A stretch of DNA of 64,000 nt, taken from contig CBDFMP010000037.1 of the NCBI GenBank assembly GCA_965249715.1, positions 711 to 64,710 on the forward strand. Direction: 5' to 3'. This document shows positions 29,619 to 38,196 of this stretch, in pieces. A program made the position numbers and the translations under genes. Every line of letters starts with the position of its first letter. Position 1 is the stretch's first letter. The notes beneath the pieces are model-generated. The model worked only from the letters and a program-made list of their open reading frames with translations. It did no database searches and was not told the DNA's origin. Origin of the DNA: Spirochaetota bacterium. Lineage in GTDB: Bacteria; Spirochaetota; UBA12135; COTS27.

Positions 29619-30611
29619 ATGATTCAATTTAAAGCAGCTGTTGTACAGACGTCGTCAGTTTTTTTTAACTCAAAGGCGACAGCAGAAAAAGCTTGTTTGC
29701 TAATGGAAGAAGCCAGTAAAAATGGTGCTGCTATCGTTGCTTTTCCTGAAGTATTTATCTCGGCATACCCATATTGGAATTGGCTGCTGAGCCCAATAGC
29801 TGGCGGTGAATGGTTTGAACGGCTGTATCATTCTGCCATTGAAAGTGACGGCGAAGAGGTTGAAATGCTGAAAACAGCCGCTAAAAAGTTTAACATCAAT
29901 GTTGTTATCGGCTGTAATGAACGGGAAAAAACAAGAAATGGCACTATTTTTAATACAAATCTGCTCATCAGTCACCAGGGAGAGTTGCTGGGCAAACATA
30001 GAAAGTTAGTGCCTACATGGGCAGAAAAATTATCATGGACCGGTGGCGATGGCAGTACACTGAAAGTTTATCAAACTAATATTGGCCCCTTGGGAACGCT
30101 GGCATGTGGGGAAAACACCAATCCTTTGGCAAGATATACCTTGCTTTCACAAGGGGAATTGGTGCATGTTGCCAATTATATTTCATTGCCGGTGGCACCC
30201 GAGGATTACAATATGGCCGAAGCCATTAAAATAAGAGCGGCTGCCCATTCCTTTGAAGGCAAAATGTTTACCCTAGTCGCCTGTTCAATCATTTCCGATG
30301 AGGCACTCACATTGTTAGAGAAGTCTGAGCCAAAAATTAGAGAGCGTTTTGCCAGAAAAAATAGTGCTTTTTCAGGTATCATCGGCCCTGGTGGTGTGCC
30401 AATTTCAGAGCCCTTGATTGACGAAGAAGGCATTGTTTATGCAGACATCGATCTCAATAAGTGCATACAGCCTAAACAGATGCACGATATTTTGGGAGGC
30501 TACAATCGTTTTGATATTTTTGAACTAATAGTCCACACTAAAAAAAACGAGCCAATACATTATGAAGAAAACAAGCGCTCAGCAAAAGCAGAACCAACGA
30601 TAATCGCTTAG
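29619..30611 (+). CDS. nitrilase-branch carbon-nitrogen hydrolase
   Basis: Glu-Lys-Cys triad contexts: IVAFPEVF, HRKLVPT, LACGENTNPL. ATG 29619 (MIQFKAAVVQ) is preferred over the TTG at 29589 used by the ORF track. Confidence 0.8.
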   Translation: MIQFKAAVVQTSSVFFNSKATAEKACLLMEEASKNGAAIVAFPEVFISAYPYWNWLLSPIAGGEWFERLYHSAIESDGEEVEMLKTAAKKFNINVVIGCNEREKTRNGTIFNTNLLISHQGELLGKHRKLVPTWAEKLSWTGGDGSTLKVYQTNIGPLGTLACGENTNPLARYTLLSQGELVHVANYISLPVAPEDYNMAEAIKIRAAAHSFEGKMFTLVACSIISDEALTLLEKSEPKIRERFARKNSAFSGIIGPGGVPISEPLIDEEGIVYADIDLNKCIQPKQMHDILGGYNRFDIFELIVHTKKNEPIHYEENKRSAKAEPTIIA

Positions 30612-30675
30612 TGCAGAAAATAGTGCAGAAAAAAGTGCAGAAAAATAATTTTTAATAGCAGGCAGGTACATTGTT

Positions 30676-31806
30676 ATGAAAAAAGCAAACTCACAACCAT
30701 TTGACGATGCAGCTTACGGCAGATCCAGGGTAACCGATACTGATGAACTGAAAGCATATTATGAGACAGTAAAGGGCTTGGGAACCGAAGCCTTTTGGAC
30801 GGTCGCCAATGAAATTGAACCTTGGGAACCGCATACATTATCTTCTGTCATGTTTTGGGATTTTGAAAAAATCAGACCGCATTTACTCAGAGCTGCAGAA
30901 TTAGTTTCGCCCGGTGAAGCTGGAAGAAGAGTTTTATACTTAGTCAATAAAAAACGTGCTGATATTAAGGCTGCCTGTGGTATGTTGTTTTCCGGCTTAC
31001 AAATTACGCGCCCTGGAGAATTTACCCCGGCGCATAAACATGTAGCTTCTGCTTTACGTTTTATCATGGAAGGCGCGGGCGGTTATACCATTGTCGACGG
31101 ACACAAAATTACGTTGGCACCAAGAGATTTTGTCATAACTCCCAATGGCACCTGGCATGAACACGGAGTGGTGGCAGAAGGTAAAACTTGTATTTGGCAG
31201 GACGGTTTGGATATCCCGATGGCCAATGCTTTTGAAGCAAACGATTATGCAGTATTGCCTGAAGGCAAGCAGCAAAAAGTTCTTTATCCATTGAATTATT
31301 CGCCAATGACCTTTGGCGGCAGCGGTTTATTGATGGCCGATAAGGAATGGGATAAACCATACTCTCCGCTTTTTAGGTATTCCTGGGAGCCTACTTATGA
31401 AACATTGCTGGCGGCTGAGAAAGTTAATGATGGTTCGCCCTTTGACGGCATTTTAATGGAGTATACAAATCCGATGACAGGAGGCCCAGTAATGGCGACT
31501 ATGGGTGCAGCCATGCAACTATTGCGTGCGGGTGAGCATACAAAAGCACATAAACATACCGGCTCCACCATTTATCAATGTGCTAAGGGCAAAGGTTATT
31601 CTGTTATTGAGGGAAAAAGATACGATTGGAAAGAAAAAGATATTTTCTGTGTTCCTTCATGGACATGGCATGAGCATTGCAATCTTTCCAATAGCGATAA
31701 CGCTTGTCTTTTCCAATTTAATGATTTGCCTACTGTGAAAAAGTTGTGTTATTATCAGGAAAAAGTTTATGCCGATAACGATGGTTATCAACCCATAAAA
31801 GCATAG
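30676..31806 (+). CDS. gentisate 1,2-dioxygenase-type bicupin ring-cleavage dioxygenase
   Basis: 376 aa. Two cupin modules: PAHKHVASALRFIMEG...GTWHEH and KAHKHTGSTIYQCAKG...WTWHEH. Confidence 0.8.
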   Translation: MKKANSQPFDDAAYGRSRVTDTDELKAYYETVKGLGTEAFWTVANEIEPWEPHTLSSVMFWDFEKIRPHLLRAAELVSPGEAGRRVLYLVNKKRADIKAACGMLFSGLQITRPGEFTPAHKHVASALRFIMEGAGGYTIVDGHKITLAPRDFVITPNGTWHEHGVVAEGKTCIWQDGLDIPMANAFEANDYAVLPEGKQQKVLYPLNYSPMTFGGSGLLMADKEWDKPYSPLFRYSWEPTYETLLAAEKVNDGSPFDGILMEYTNPMTGGPVMATMGAAMQLLRAGEHTKAHKHTGSTIYQCAKGKGYSVIEGKRYDWKEKDIFCVPSWTWHEHCNLSNSDNACLFQFNDLPTVKKLCYYQEKVYADNDGYQPIKA

Positions 31807-31900
31807 TTTAAACAGAATGTTGATGCCTGAAGAAGCTTTTTTCAGGCTGTTATGACAGCTGTGTCGAAAGTATTTTTACAATAAGGTTAGTATATTTTTT

Positions 31901-32824
31901 ATGAAATTAGTTAGTTATCAAGCTCAATCCAACCCGGAAAGTCGTTTGGCTTTTCAATTAAAAGCTGGAGCGATCAGCGATTATAGCCAGCTTGGAAAAA
32001 TCCTCAATCAAACGCTCCCAGCAACTATGTTAGCATTGATTGACAAAGGTGCGGCTTATATTGATGACTTAGAAAAAGCCATCGCCGCGCTTCCAGCAGA
32101 AGCTTATGAGCAGACGCTTATTGCTATGGACAGTGTGCAGATTTTAGCGCCTATCCCCAAGCTGCGAAAAAATATTTTTGGAATTGGCCTCAATTATACT
32201 GAACACATTGCAGAATCGGCTAGGGCCTTAGATACGGCAAAAGAATTGCCGCAAAAATGTGTTATTTTTACTAAGCCGCCAACTGCTGTTATCGCAAGTG
32301 GCGACCAGATAAGACTCAATAAAAATGTAACCCAACAGTTGGATTTCGAAGGCGAATTAGCAGTTGTCATTGGGAAAACGGGATTTAGAATTAAAACTGA
32401 AACGGCAATGGATCACGTTTGGGGTTATACCATCATTAACGATGTTAGTGCAAGGGATTGCAGGAGAAGCGGACAATGGATAGTCTCCAAGGGACAGGAT
32501 ACATTTGCACCTATGGGGCCTGTTTTAGTCACTAAGGCAAGTATCACAACTCCACACAATTTACAAATTGTGACCAAGGTCAATAACGTAGAAAAACAAA
32601 ATGGCAATACCCGCAACATGCTGTTTAACATACCCGCTATTATTGCAGATATTAGTGCGGTCATGACGCTTGAACCGGGAGACATCATTGCTACTGGAAC
32701 ACCGGCGGGGGTTGGAGCTGGACGGAAGCCGCAAGAGTGGTTGTCGCCTGGCGATACTATTGAAATTTCTATTTCTGAAATTGGAACGTTGAAAAATACC
32801 GTAGTGGACGACACCCACGCATAA
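31901..32824 (+). CDS. fumarylacetoacetate-hydrolase-family hydrolase (maleyl-/fumarylpyruvate hydrolase candidate)
   Basis: 307 aa. FAH-domain landmarks FEGELAVVIGK, GYTIINDVSARD, DIIATGTPAGVG. Confidence 0.8.
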   Translation: MKLVSYQAQSNPESRLAFQLKAGAISDYSQLGKILNQTLPATMLALIDKGAAYIDDLEKAIAALPAEAYEQTLIAMDSVQILAPIPKLRKNIFGIGLNYTEHIAESARALDTAKELPQKCVIFTKPPTAVIASGDQIRLNKNVTQQLDFEGELAVVIGKTGFRIKTETAMDHVWGYTIINDVSARDCRRSGQWIVSKGQDTFAPMGPVLVTKASITTPHNLQIVTKVNNVEKQNGNTRNMLFNIPAIIADISAVMTLEPGDIIATGTPAGVGAGRKPQEWLSPGDTIEISISEIGTLKNTVVDDTHA

Positions 32825-32841
32825 TTGCTTATTGCTAAACG

Positions 32842-33594
32842 ATGAAAAAAACATACAGAATAGGGCAAATAGTGCCCAGCTCAAATGTCACGATGGAAAC
32901 TGAAATTCCAGCTATTTTTAGGGAGCGGGAAAAACACTTCCCCGAAAGCTTTACGTTCCATTCTGCCAGAATGAGAATGAAACAGGTAACCGTAAAGGAG
33001 TTGGCTTCAATGGATGCCTTGTCCGATAAATGTGCTGAAGAATTATCCGATGCGGCAGTCGACGTTATGGGTTACGCTTGTTTGGTCGCTATTATGGCAA
33101 TGGGGAAAGGTTATCATTGCATCGCTCAGGAAAGATTACATAAGTTGACCCATAACAATGGACATCCCGCGCCTGTTGTCACAAGTGCAGGTGCCTTAGT
33201 GGAAGGGCTGGCTGTTATCGGTGCTAAAAAAGTTGCACTGGTGACTCCTTATATGAAGCCTTTAACACAGAAAGTGAGCGATTATATCGAGGATCAAGGC
33301 TTCGCTGTCTTAGACAGCGTATCTTTGGAAATCTCCGATAATTTACAAGTAGCCGTGCAGGATCCAATGAACCTGCTGCAGCATTATAAAAAACTTAAGT
33401 TAAACAATGTGGATACACTTATTTTATCGGCTTGCGTTCAGATGCCATCCTTAGCAGCTGTGCAGAAAGTGGAAACAGAATGCGGCATACAAACGGTAAC
33501 TGCTTCTGTCTGTACCGCTTATCAGATGATGAAAGAACTGGGCTTAAAAGCAGAGGTTCCTAATTGTGGTGCCTTATTGTCGGGAAAATATTAA
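32842..33594 (+). CDS. maiA: maleate cis-trans isomerase (Asp/Glu-racemase superfamily)
   Basis: 250 aa. IVPSSNVTMETE, plus the two Cys contexts GYACLVAIM and LSACVQMPSL typical of maleate isomerases. Confidence 0.75.
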   Translation: MKKTYRIGQIVPSSNVTMETEIPAIFREREKHFPESFTFHSARMRMKQVTVKELASMDALSDKCAEELSDAAVDVMGYACLVAIMAMGKGYHCIAQERLHKLTHNNGHPAPVVTSAGALVEGLAVIGAKKVALVTPYMKPLTQKVSDYIEDQGFAVLDSVSLEISDNLQVAVQDPMNLLQHYKKLKLNNVDTLILSACVQMPSLAAVQKVETECGIQTVTASVCTAYQMMKELGLKAEVPNCGALLSGKY

Positions 33595-33650
33595 TCAATT
33601 TACAGGAAGCTTTTTTTGTTGTGCCAAACACAGCTGCTTGTACAATTGAT

Positions 33651-34376
33651 TTAAAATTTAAAGTTCTTGCCTAGGTAAATGCGTTTGGCTTCACGGCTTT
33701 TGCTCAGTTGTTTGGCGGTGCCCTCCATGAGGATCTTGCCTTTTTCCATGATGTAGGCGCGTGAGACAATTCGCAGTGTCTCGCGTACGTTGTGATCGGT
33801 AATGAGAATGCCGATATTCAATTTTTGAATTTCGCGGATGACCGTCTGAATATCCGCAACGGCAATAGGGTCCACACCGGCAAAGGGCTCGTCTAAGAAG
33901 ATCAATTTGGGGTTGGCGGCGAGGGCGCGGGCAATTTCTGTGCGGCGGCGTTCACCCCCGGAAAGCGTATAACCGTATTGACTGGCAACGTGGTGAATCT
34001 TAAAGCGTTCCAATAGTTGCTTGCAGATTAGCTCACGATTAGAACGCGTGAGGCGCCTGCCTTCCAGCACTGCAAGAATATTATCGCGCACGGTTAATTT
34101 TCTGAAGATCGAAGCCTCTTGTGGAAGGTAGCCGATGCCAAGTTGCGCGCGTTTATGCATGGGCATGGATGTAATTTCCGTCTCGTGATTGAGGATGACC
34201 TTGCCTTTTGAGGGACGGATGAGACCCACCGAAATGTAGAAACTGGTCGTTTTGCCCGCGCCATTGGGACCCAGCAATCCGACAATTTCTCCCTGTTGTA
34301 CGTTAAATGAAACGTCGTTGACAACAGCGTTGCCGCGGTAAACTTTTTTTATATTTTCTACGCTGAGTTTAAACAT
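33651..34376 (-). CDS. lptB: LPS export ABC transporter ATP-binding protein
   Basis: 241 aa, near-collinear with remembered E. coli LptB (GLLGPNGAGKTT, GIGYLPQEASIFRKLTV, LSGGERRRTEIARALAANPK, LDEPFAGVDP, ITDHNVRETL). Confidence 0.9.
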   Translation of the reverse strand: MFKLSVENIKKVYRGNAVVNDVSFNVQQGEIVGLLGPNGAGKTTSFYISVGLIRPSKGKVILNHETEITSMPMHKRAQLGIGYLPQEASIFRKLTVRDNILAVLEGRRLTRSNRELICKQLLERFKIHHVASQYGYTLSGGERRRTEIARALAANPKLIFLDEPFAGVDPIAVADIQTVIREIQKLNIGILITDHNVRETLRIVSRAYIMEKGKILMEGTAKQLSKSREAKRIYLGKNFKF

Positions 34377-34391
34377 CTAAATTGAGCCAAG

Positions 34392-37169
34392 CTACTTTTC
34401 AAGGAGAATGGAACCGGTGACCTCAGACTCTAAGACCATTTCGTTATTTTCTAGATCAAAGGAAACTTGGTCAGAGATAAACTCATCGCCAGTATTAAGG
34501 TCACGAATTTGCGGTGATCCTAACAGGGTGATGGTTTTGGTATCCGGTTTGTAAATGCCCAAGGTTGAGAATGCTTCATTGGTGCCGTTGTTGACATGGA
34601 CATTGCCTTTGGCGTACATAATGTTTTCGTTGTCGAACTTTTCCATGACCTCGGCTTTGACCTTGGTTAGATTAGTTTCCTGTTTCCAAGTAAAAATGGG
34701 CGAGCCGGTGATAATGGTATAAGCGTCAGCTAAGCGGTGTTCCAGTACGTCACCAATGATCTCAGTGTGGTCGCGTAGATCAATGACTTTCACGTTTTCT
34801 TTACAATGAAAAGTTTCATTATCCGGGATGTTAAAATTATAACGTCCGTGGACACATGACAATTTACTGGTAAGTGTACCGCTGTGGGTGAATTCTTCCA
34901 TCCGTACATTACTTTCAAAGAAGCTTTGTGAAAGTTTATTTTCTAGAATCATGGTTTTGGAACGTATATGGCGAATAACGTCTGTCGTGGTGATCTCCAG
35001 CCGCGGCTTGTCTTTGAGGATGGAACGGTCGTTTGCAAAGTCGTGCAGGACGTACTGACTGAAGCTTTTGAGGTTGTCGCGCGGCATGGTAATGACGACA
35101 TTTGTATAACATTCAAAACGCGAGCTGTTGCCGCTTGCAGTTTGTTTTGTAAAATAGTAGGTGCCTTCTTCGCAGGTCAAGTAGTTGTAATCTTGACGCT
35201 TAAAGCTTTGCAAATTAAAAATTTCATTTTCTGGTTCACCGTAAGCCACTTCAATGATACGCACATCTTTATGCAGCTTGGTATGGGATTGACTGAGCAG
35301 TACTTCCATTTCCTGGGCGTAGGCAAGCATTTTGGTGTGACGTTCGGTAATATTCACAAAAAGCGGCTGCTTATACACGATGGAACGCTCTTCTGCTATG
35401 TAATAGAGGACGTGGTTGCCTTTGAGGATAGAGTTCCTAAATGGCTTTTTAATGCGTGTGTGTTTAAATCCTTCAAAATAGCGCTCATTGCTGTAATGGT
35501 AAATAAATTGTTCACCCGTTAAAATGGAAACAGCTTGCTCATTGGTATTGAATTCTTTAACAATCACGTTGTCTTGAAAAAAAAGTTGACGGTTGTGATT
35601 GTCGCGTGTGATCTGCTTGGCGGTGCCGCGTATTATTTTGGTTGGCGCGTTTTTTTCGCTGATAAAATTGACATTGCCGCTGATAACGCTTTGACCATTA
35701 TCAAAACGATGGACTAATCTATCAGAGAAAAGTTGTGCTTGCTCTAGGACATCGTTTAGGATAACGTCGCCTCTGCATTCAAAGATGTGATGAGCTGGGC
35801 GGCTATAGTTGTACATGGCATTTTTGCAACTGATCCATTCGGGAATGTCAGTAGCGTCTTCGGCGCTGCGCGGCCCCGGGGGCCGTTCGCCGCTTAGCAA
35901 TTGCATTGCCGCATCAGCTTCCAATTCATAAACAAAAATATCTTTTTTAAAATAAATCACGCGCTCTTTTTGGGCAATTTCCATGCGCAGCGAGCTGATG
36001 CGCGAATAATTGCTGTTGGTACCGCTCTTCACCAACATGACAGGTGTTCGTTCTGCATAGCCCGTCTCCTCAGTGAAGTCGTAGTGAATAAAATCTGCTG
36101 TGATGGTCGAATCTTCTATGAAGTTGCTGAGGATAGCATTTTCATAACAATTTAAGTAACTGGGATCCCCGTAATAATTGGTTGCATGGTCGCAGGCAAG
36201 TGAGGTCAGCGTTTCACCAGCTGCATTAGTCTCAAAGATCATCACATCGTCATGCAGTGTCGTGCGTTCTTCATCCTTATAAAGGACCATTTCATCGGCA
36301 AGCGTCACCAATGTTTTTTTATCGCTGGCCTGTTCAAAACGCGCATGTCCCTTTGCTGTGCCTTTATTGAGAAGTTTCTCCAGAAAGAGATAATCGCTAA
36401 TGAGGATAGATTCGCTTTCTATATTCTCTGCTTTAACGTTTTCAAAACATTCCATGTTGTTATTACTGATGACGTAATAACTGCGATTGCAGGTGATGAC
36501 GTAATTATCTTCTATCGGTTTATCATCCTGCCCCAGCTCGTTAATTTCCACATTCGTTTCCACTTCCAGTGTTTGTGCACCGGTGTTGTAGATGGACGTC
36601 TCACCGGTGATGCGTGTTAAACCGTCACTTTTATGGGTGATGGTGATGCGTGTATTGCCACTGGTGGTGATGAGATTGCGCTGCATATAGCCAATGAACG
36701 TATCCGCTTCTATGTACACTTGTTCTATTTGATTGTCAATAGCGGGATTGCCCTCTGCGTAGATAATTTCTTTTGCCATATCATAGCGCAGGCGGTCACC
36801 TTTGTAAAAAATGCCCTGAGCTTTATTGAGGAAAGTGACATTGCCATAAGCTTCAGCCAACTGCGTCCTATTATTCATAATAATTTTATCTGCTTTGAGC
36901 CCCTGTTGTTTTTTACGAATGAAGGCACGCCCTGTGAGAATAGCTTGATCCAGCTTCGGCTTGAGCACAATATTATCAGCTTGATAATGAATATTTTGTC
37001 CCCATAACACGGCTGCCTGAAAACTGAGGCTGAAGACAACCCCCAACAGGCTGCTGAGTTTGAGCGCACGTTTAGTATTGTGAACGAAACTGCCGCTTAA
37101 CCCCACGCTGGTGACCGCCAATAGGACGTTGGCACGCGTACGCACGTACGGCGATAGCTTGGTGAACAT
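34392..37169 (-). CDS. giant LptA/OstA-like periplasmic protein (926 aa from ATG 37169)
   Basis: Sits between lptC and lptB. The ATG lies 1 nt after the lptC stop. LptA-like segments occur near the N-terminus (IHYQADNIVLKPKLDQAILTGRAFIRKKQQGLKADKIIMN..AEAYGNVTF) and at the C-terminus (MYAKGNVHVNNGTNEAFSTLGIYKPDTKTITLLGSP). The interior was not verified. Confidence 0.6.
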   Translation of the reverse strand: MFTKLSPYVRTRANVLLAVTSVGLSGSFVHNTKRALKLSSLLGVVFSLSFQAAVLWGQNIHYQADNIVLKPKLDQAILTGRAFIRKKQQGLKADKIIMNNRTQLAEAYGNVTFLNKAQGIFYKGDRLRYDMAKEIIYAEGNPAIDNQIEQVYIEADTFIGYMQRNLITTSGNTRITITHKSDGLTRITGETSIYNTGAQTLEVETNVEINELGQDDKPIEDNYVITCNRSYYVISNNNMECFENVKAENIESESILISDYLFLEKLLNKGTAKGHARFEQASDKKTLVTLADEMVLYKDEERTTLHDDVMIFETNAAGETLTSLACDHATNYYGDPSYLNCYENAILSNFIEDSTITADFIHYDFTEETGYAERTPVMLVKSGTNSNYSRISSLRMEIAQKERVIYFKKDIFVYELEADAAMQLLSGERPPGPRSAEDATDIPEWISCKNAMYNYSRPAHHIFECRGDVILNDVLEQAQLFSDRLVHRFDNGQSVISGNVNFISEKNAPTKIIRGTAKQITRDNHNRQLFFQDNVIVKEFNTNEQAVSILTGEQFIYHYSNERYFEGFKHTRIKKPFRNSILKGNHVLYYIAEERSIVYKQPLFVNITERHTKMLAYAQEMEVLLSQSHTKLHKDVRIIEVAYGEPENEIFNLQSFKRQDYNYLTCEEGTYYFTKQTASGNSSRFECYTNVVITMPRDNLKSFSQYVLHDFANDRSILKDKPRLEITTTDVIRHIRSKTMILENKLSQSFFESNVRMEEFTHSGTLTSKLSCVHGRYNFNIPDNETFHCKENVKVIDLRDHTEIIGDVLEHRLADAYTIITGSPIFTWKQETNLTKVKAEVMEKFDNENIMYAKGNVHVNNGTNEAFSTLGIYKPDTKTITLLGSPQIRDLNTGDEFISDQVSFDLENNEMVLESEVTGSILLEK

Positions 37170-37170
37170 T

Positions 37171-37794
37171 TTAAAATTCAATATCAAAAAAATCCTTTTC
37201 AGTCGCACCTTGTTCTTGCACATTGCCAGAAACGGTTGAAGTGAAGACTACGGCGTTAAGCTCTTTATCGGCACTGAACCCGCTGCCGCTAATGGTGAAC
37301 CCGTTTGGCTTACGCAGGTTCACCAGCTTAGGCGACGTTAATTTCTCAGTGCTGTTGTTCCAATAAAAATATGGCCCTGAGACCGCTGTGCCTTTAACAT
37401 TGCGGATGGATACATTACCGCTTAGGGCAATGTTTTGTGTATCGCTTTCCAATACAGCTTGCTCCGCCACCACATACGAGGTTGGTTGACGAGTTGGGTC
37501 ATAAAACGTTAAATGCACTGTTTTTAAATATGTACGCTCTTTTTTTTTAAAGACGGCGGCGGTTTTGGATGTAAGTGTCCATTTGAGCTCGTTGGCATTG
37601 AAAGAGACGGTTTTAAAACTACTAATGCTGGCATCGCTGACTTCTTCTTTTGCGATGTCTGTTTCTGCAGCGGTGGGATTAAGGCGCGGATCAAATTGAC
37701 CACACCCAAGCGTACTGAAAAGTACTGCCATGGTGATAATTCCCACACCAATGACTGTAAACCGCACCCAGATGCGGAAATGTTTTACGGTCAC
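37171..37794 (-). CDS. lptC: LPS export system protein LptC
   Basis: 207 aa. Single N-terminal membrane anchor (FTVIGVGIITMAVLF) followed by a beta-rich domain. Lies immediately upstream of the lptA-like gene and lptB. Confidence 0.65.
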   Translation of the reverse strand: MTVKHFRIWVRFTVIGVGIITMAVLFSTLGCGQFDPRLNPTAAETDIAKEEVSDASISSFKTVSFNANELKWTLTSKTAAVFKKKERTYLKTVHLTFYDPTRQPTSYVVAEQAVLESDTQNIALSGNVSIRNVKGTAVSGPYFYWNNSTEKLTSPKLVNLRKPNGFTISGSGFSADKELNAVVFTSTVSGNVQEQGATEKDFFDIEF

Positions 37795-38196
37795 TACTTT
37801 AGTCCTTTCAGCTATTGCCCGGTTGTCTGCTTATTAAACGCAAGCTTATCCGCAAAACTACGCAATTTTATCAAGGACTTGTTAACATATTACGCACTCC
37901 CTAAGACCTTACCTAATTATACCATTTTTAGAGCATAACCTCCAAGACTTTTGGAATGACAGCACTTAGCTTGCATGATAGGTGTTTTTTGGGTTTTTAT
38001 AGCCCAGTTAAGTCTTACAGCACCTGCTAATGTTTGCAAGCAATTTATAAGAAATCGTTATAAATTTCCTATTACTTAAAATAACTGCGCGCTCCACGCA
38101 TATTTGCTGTTGTTCGTGTTTGACAGCTGCTGCAAGGCAGGCTGTGGTTCTATTTTAACACTACTTGAACGACTGGCTGATAGCCACACATATACA

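Noticed and set aside
34968-37007. Plus-strand ORFs inside the giant lptA-like gene (34968-35522, 36252-36620, 36633-37007).
   Set aside because: They are antisense to a continuous 926-codon ORF sitting in the expected lptA position. Their translations are Phe/Ile/Cys-rich shadows.
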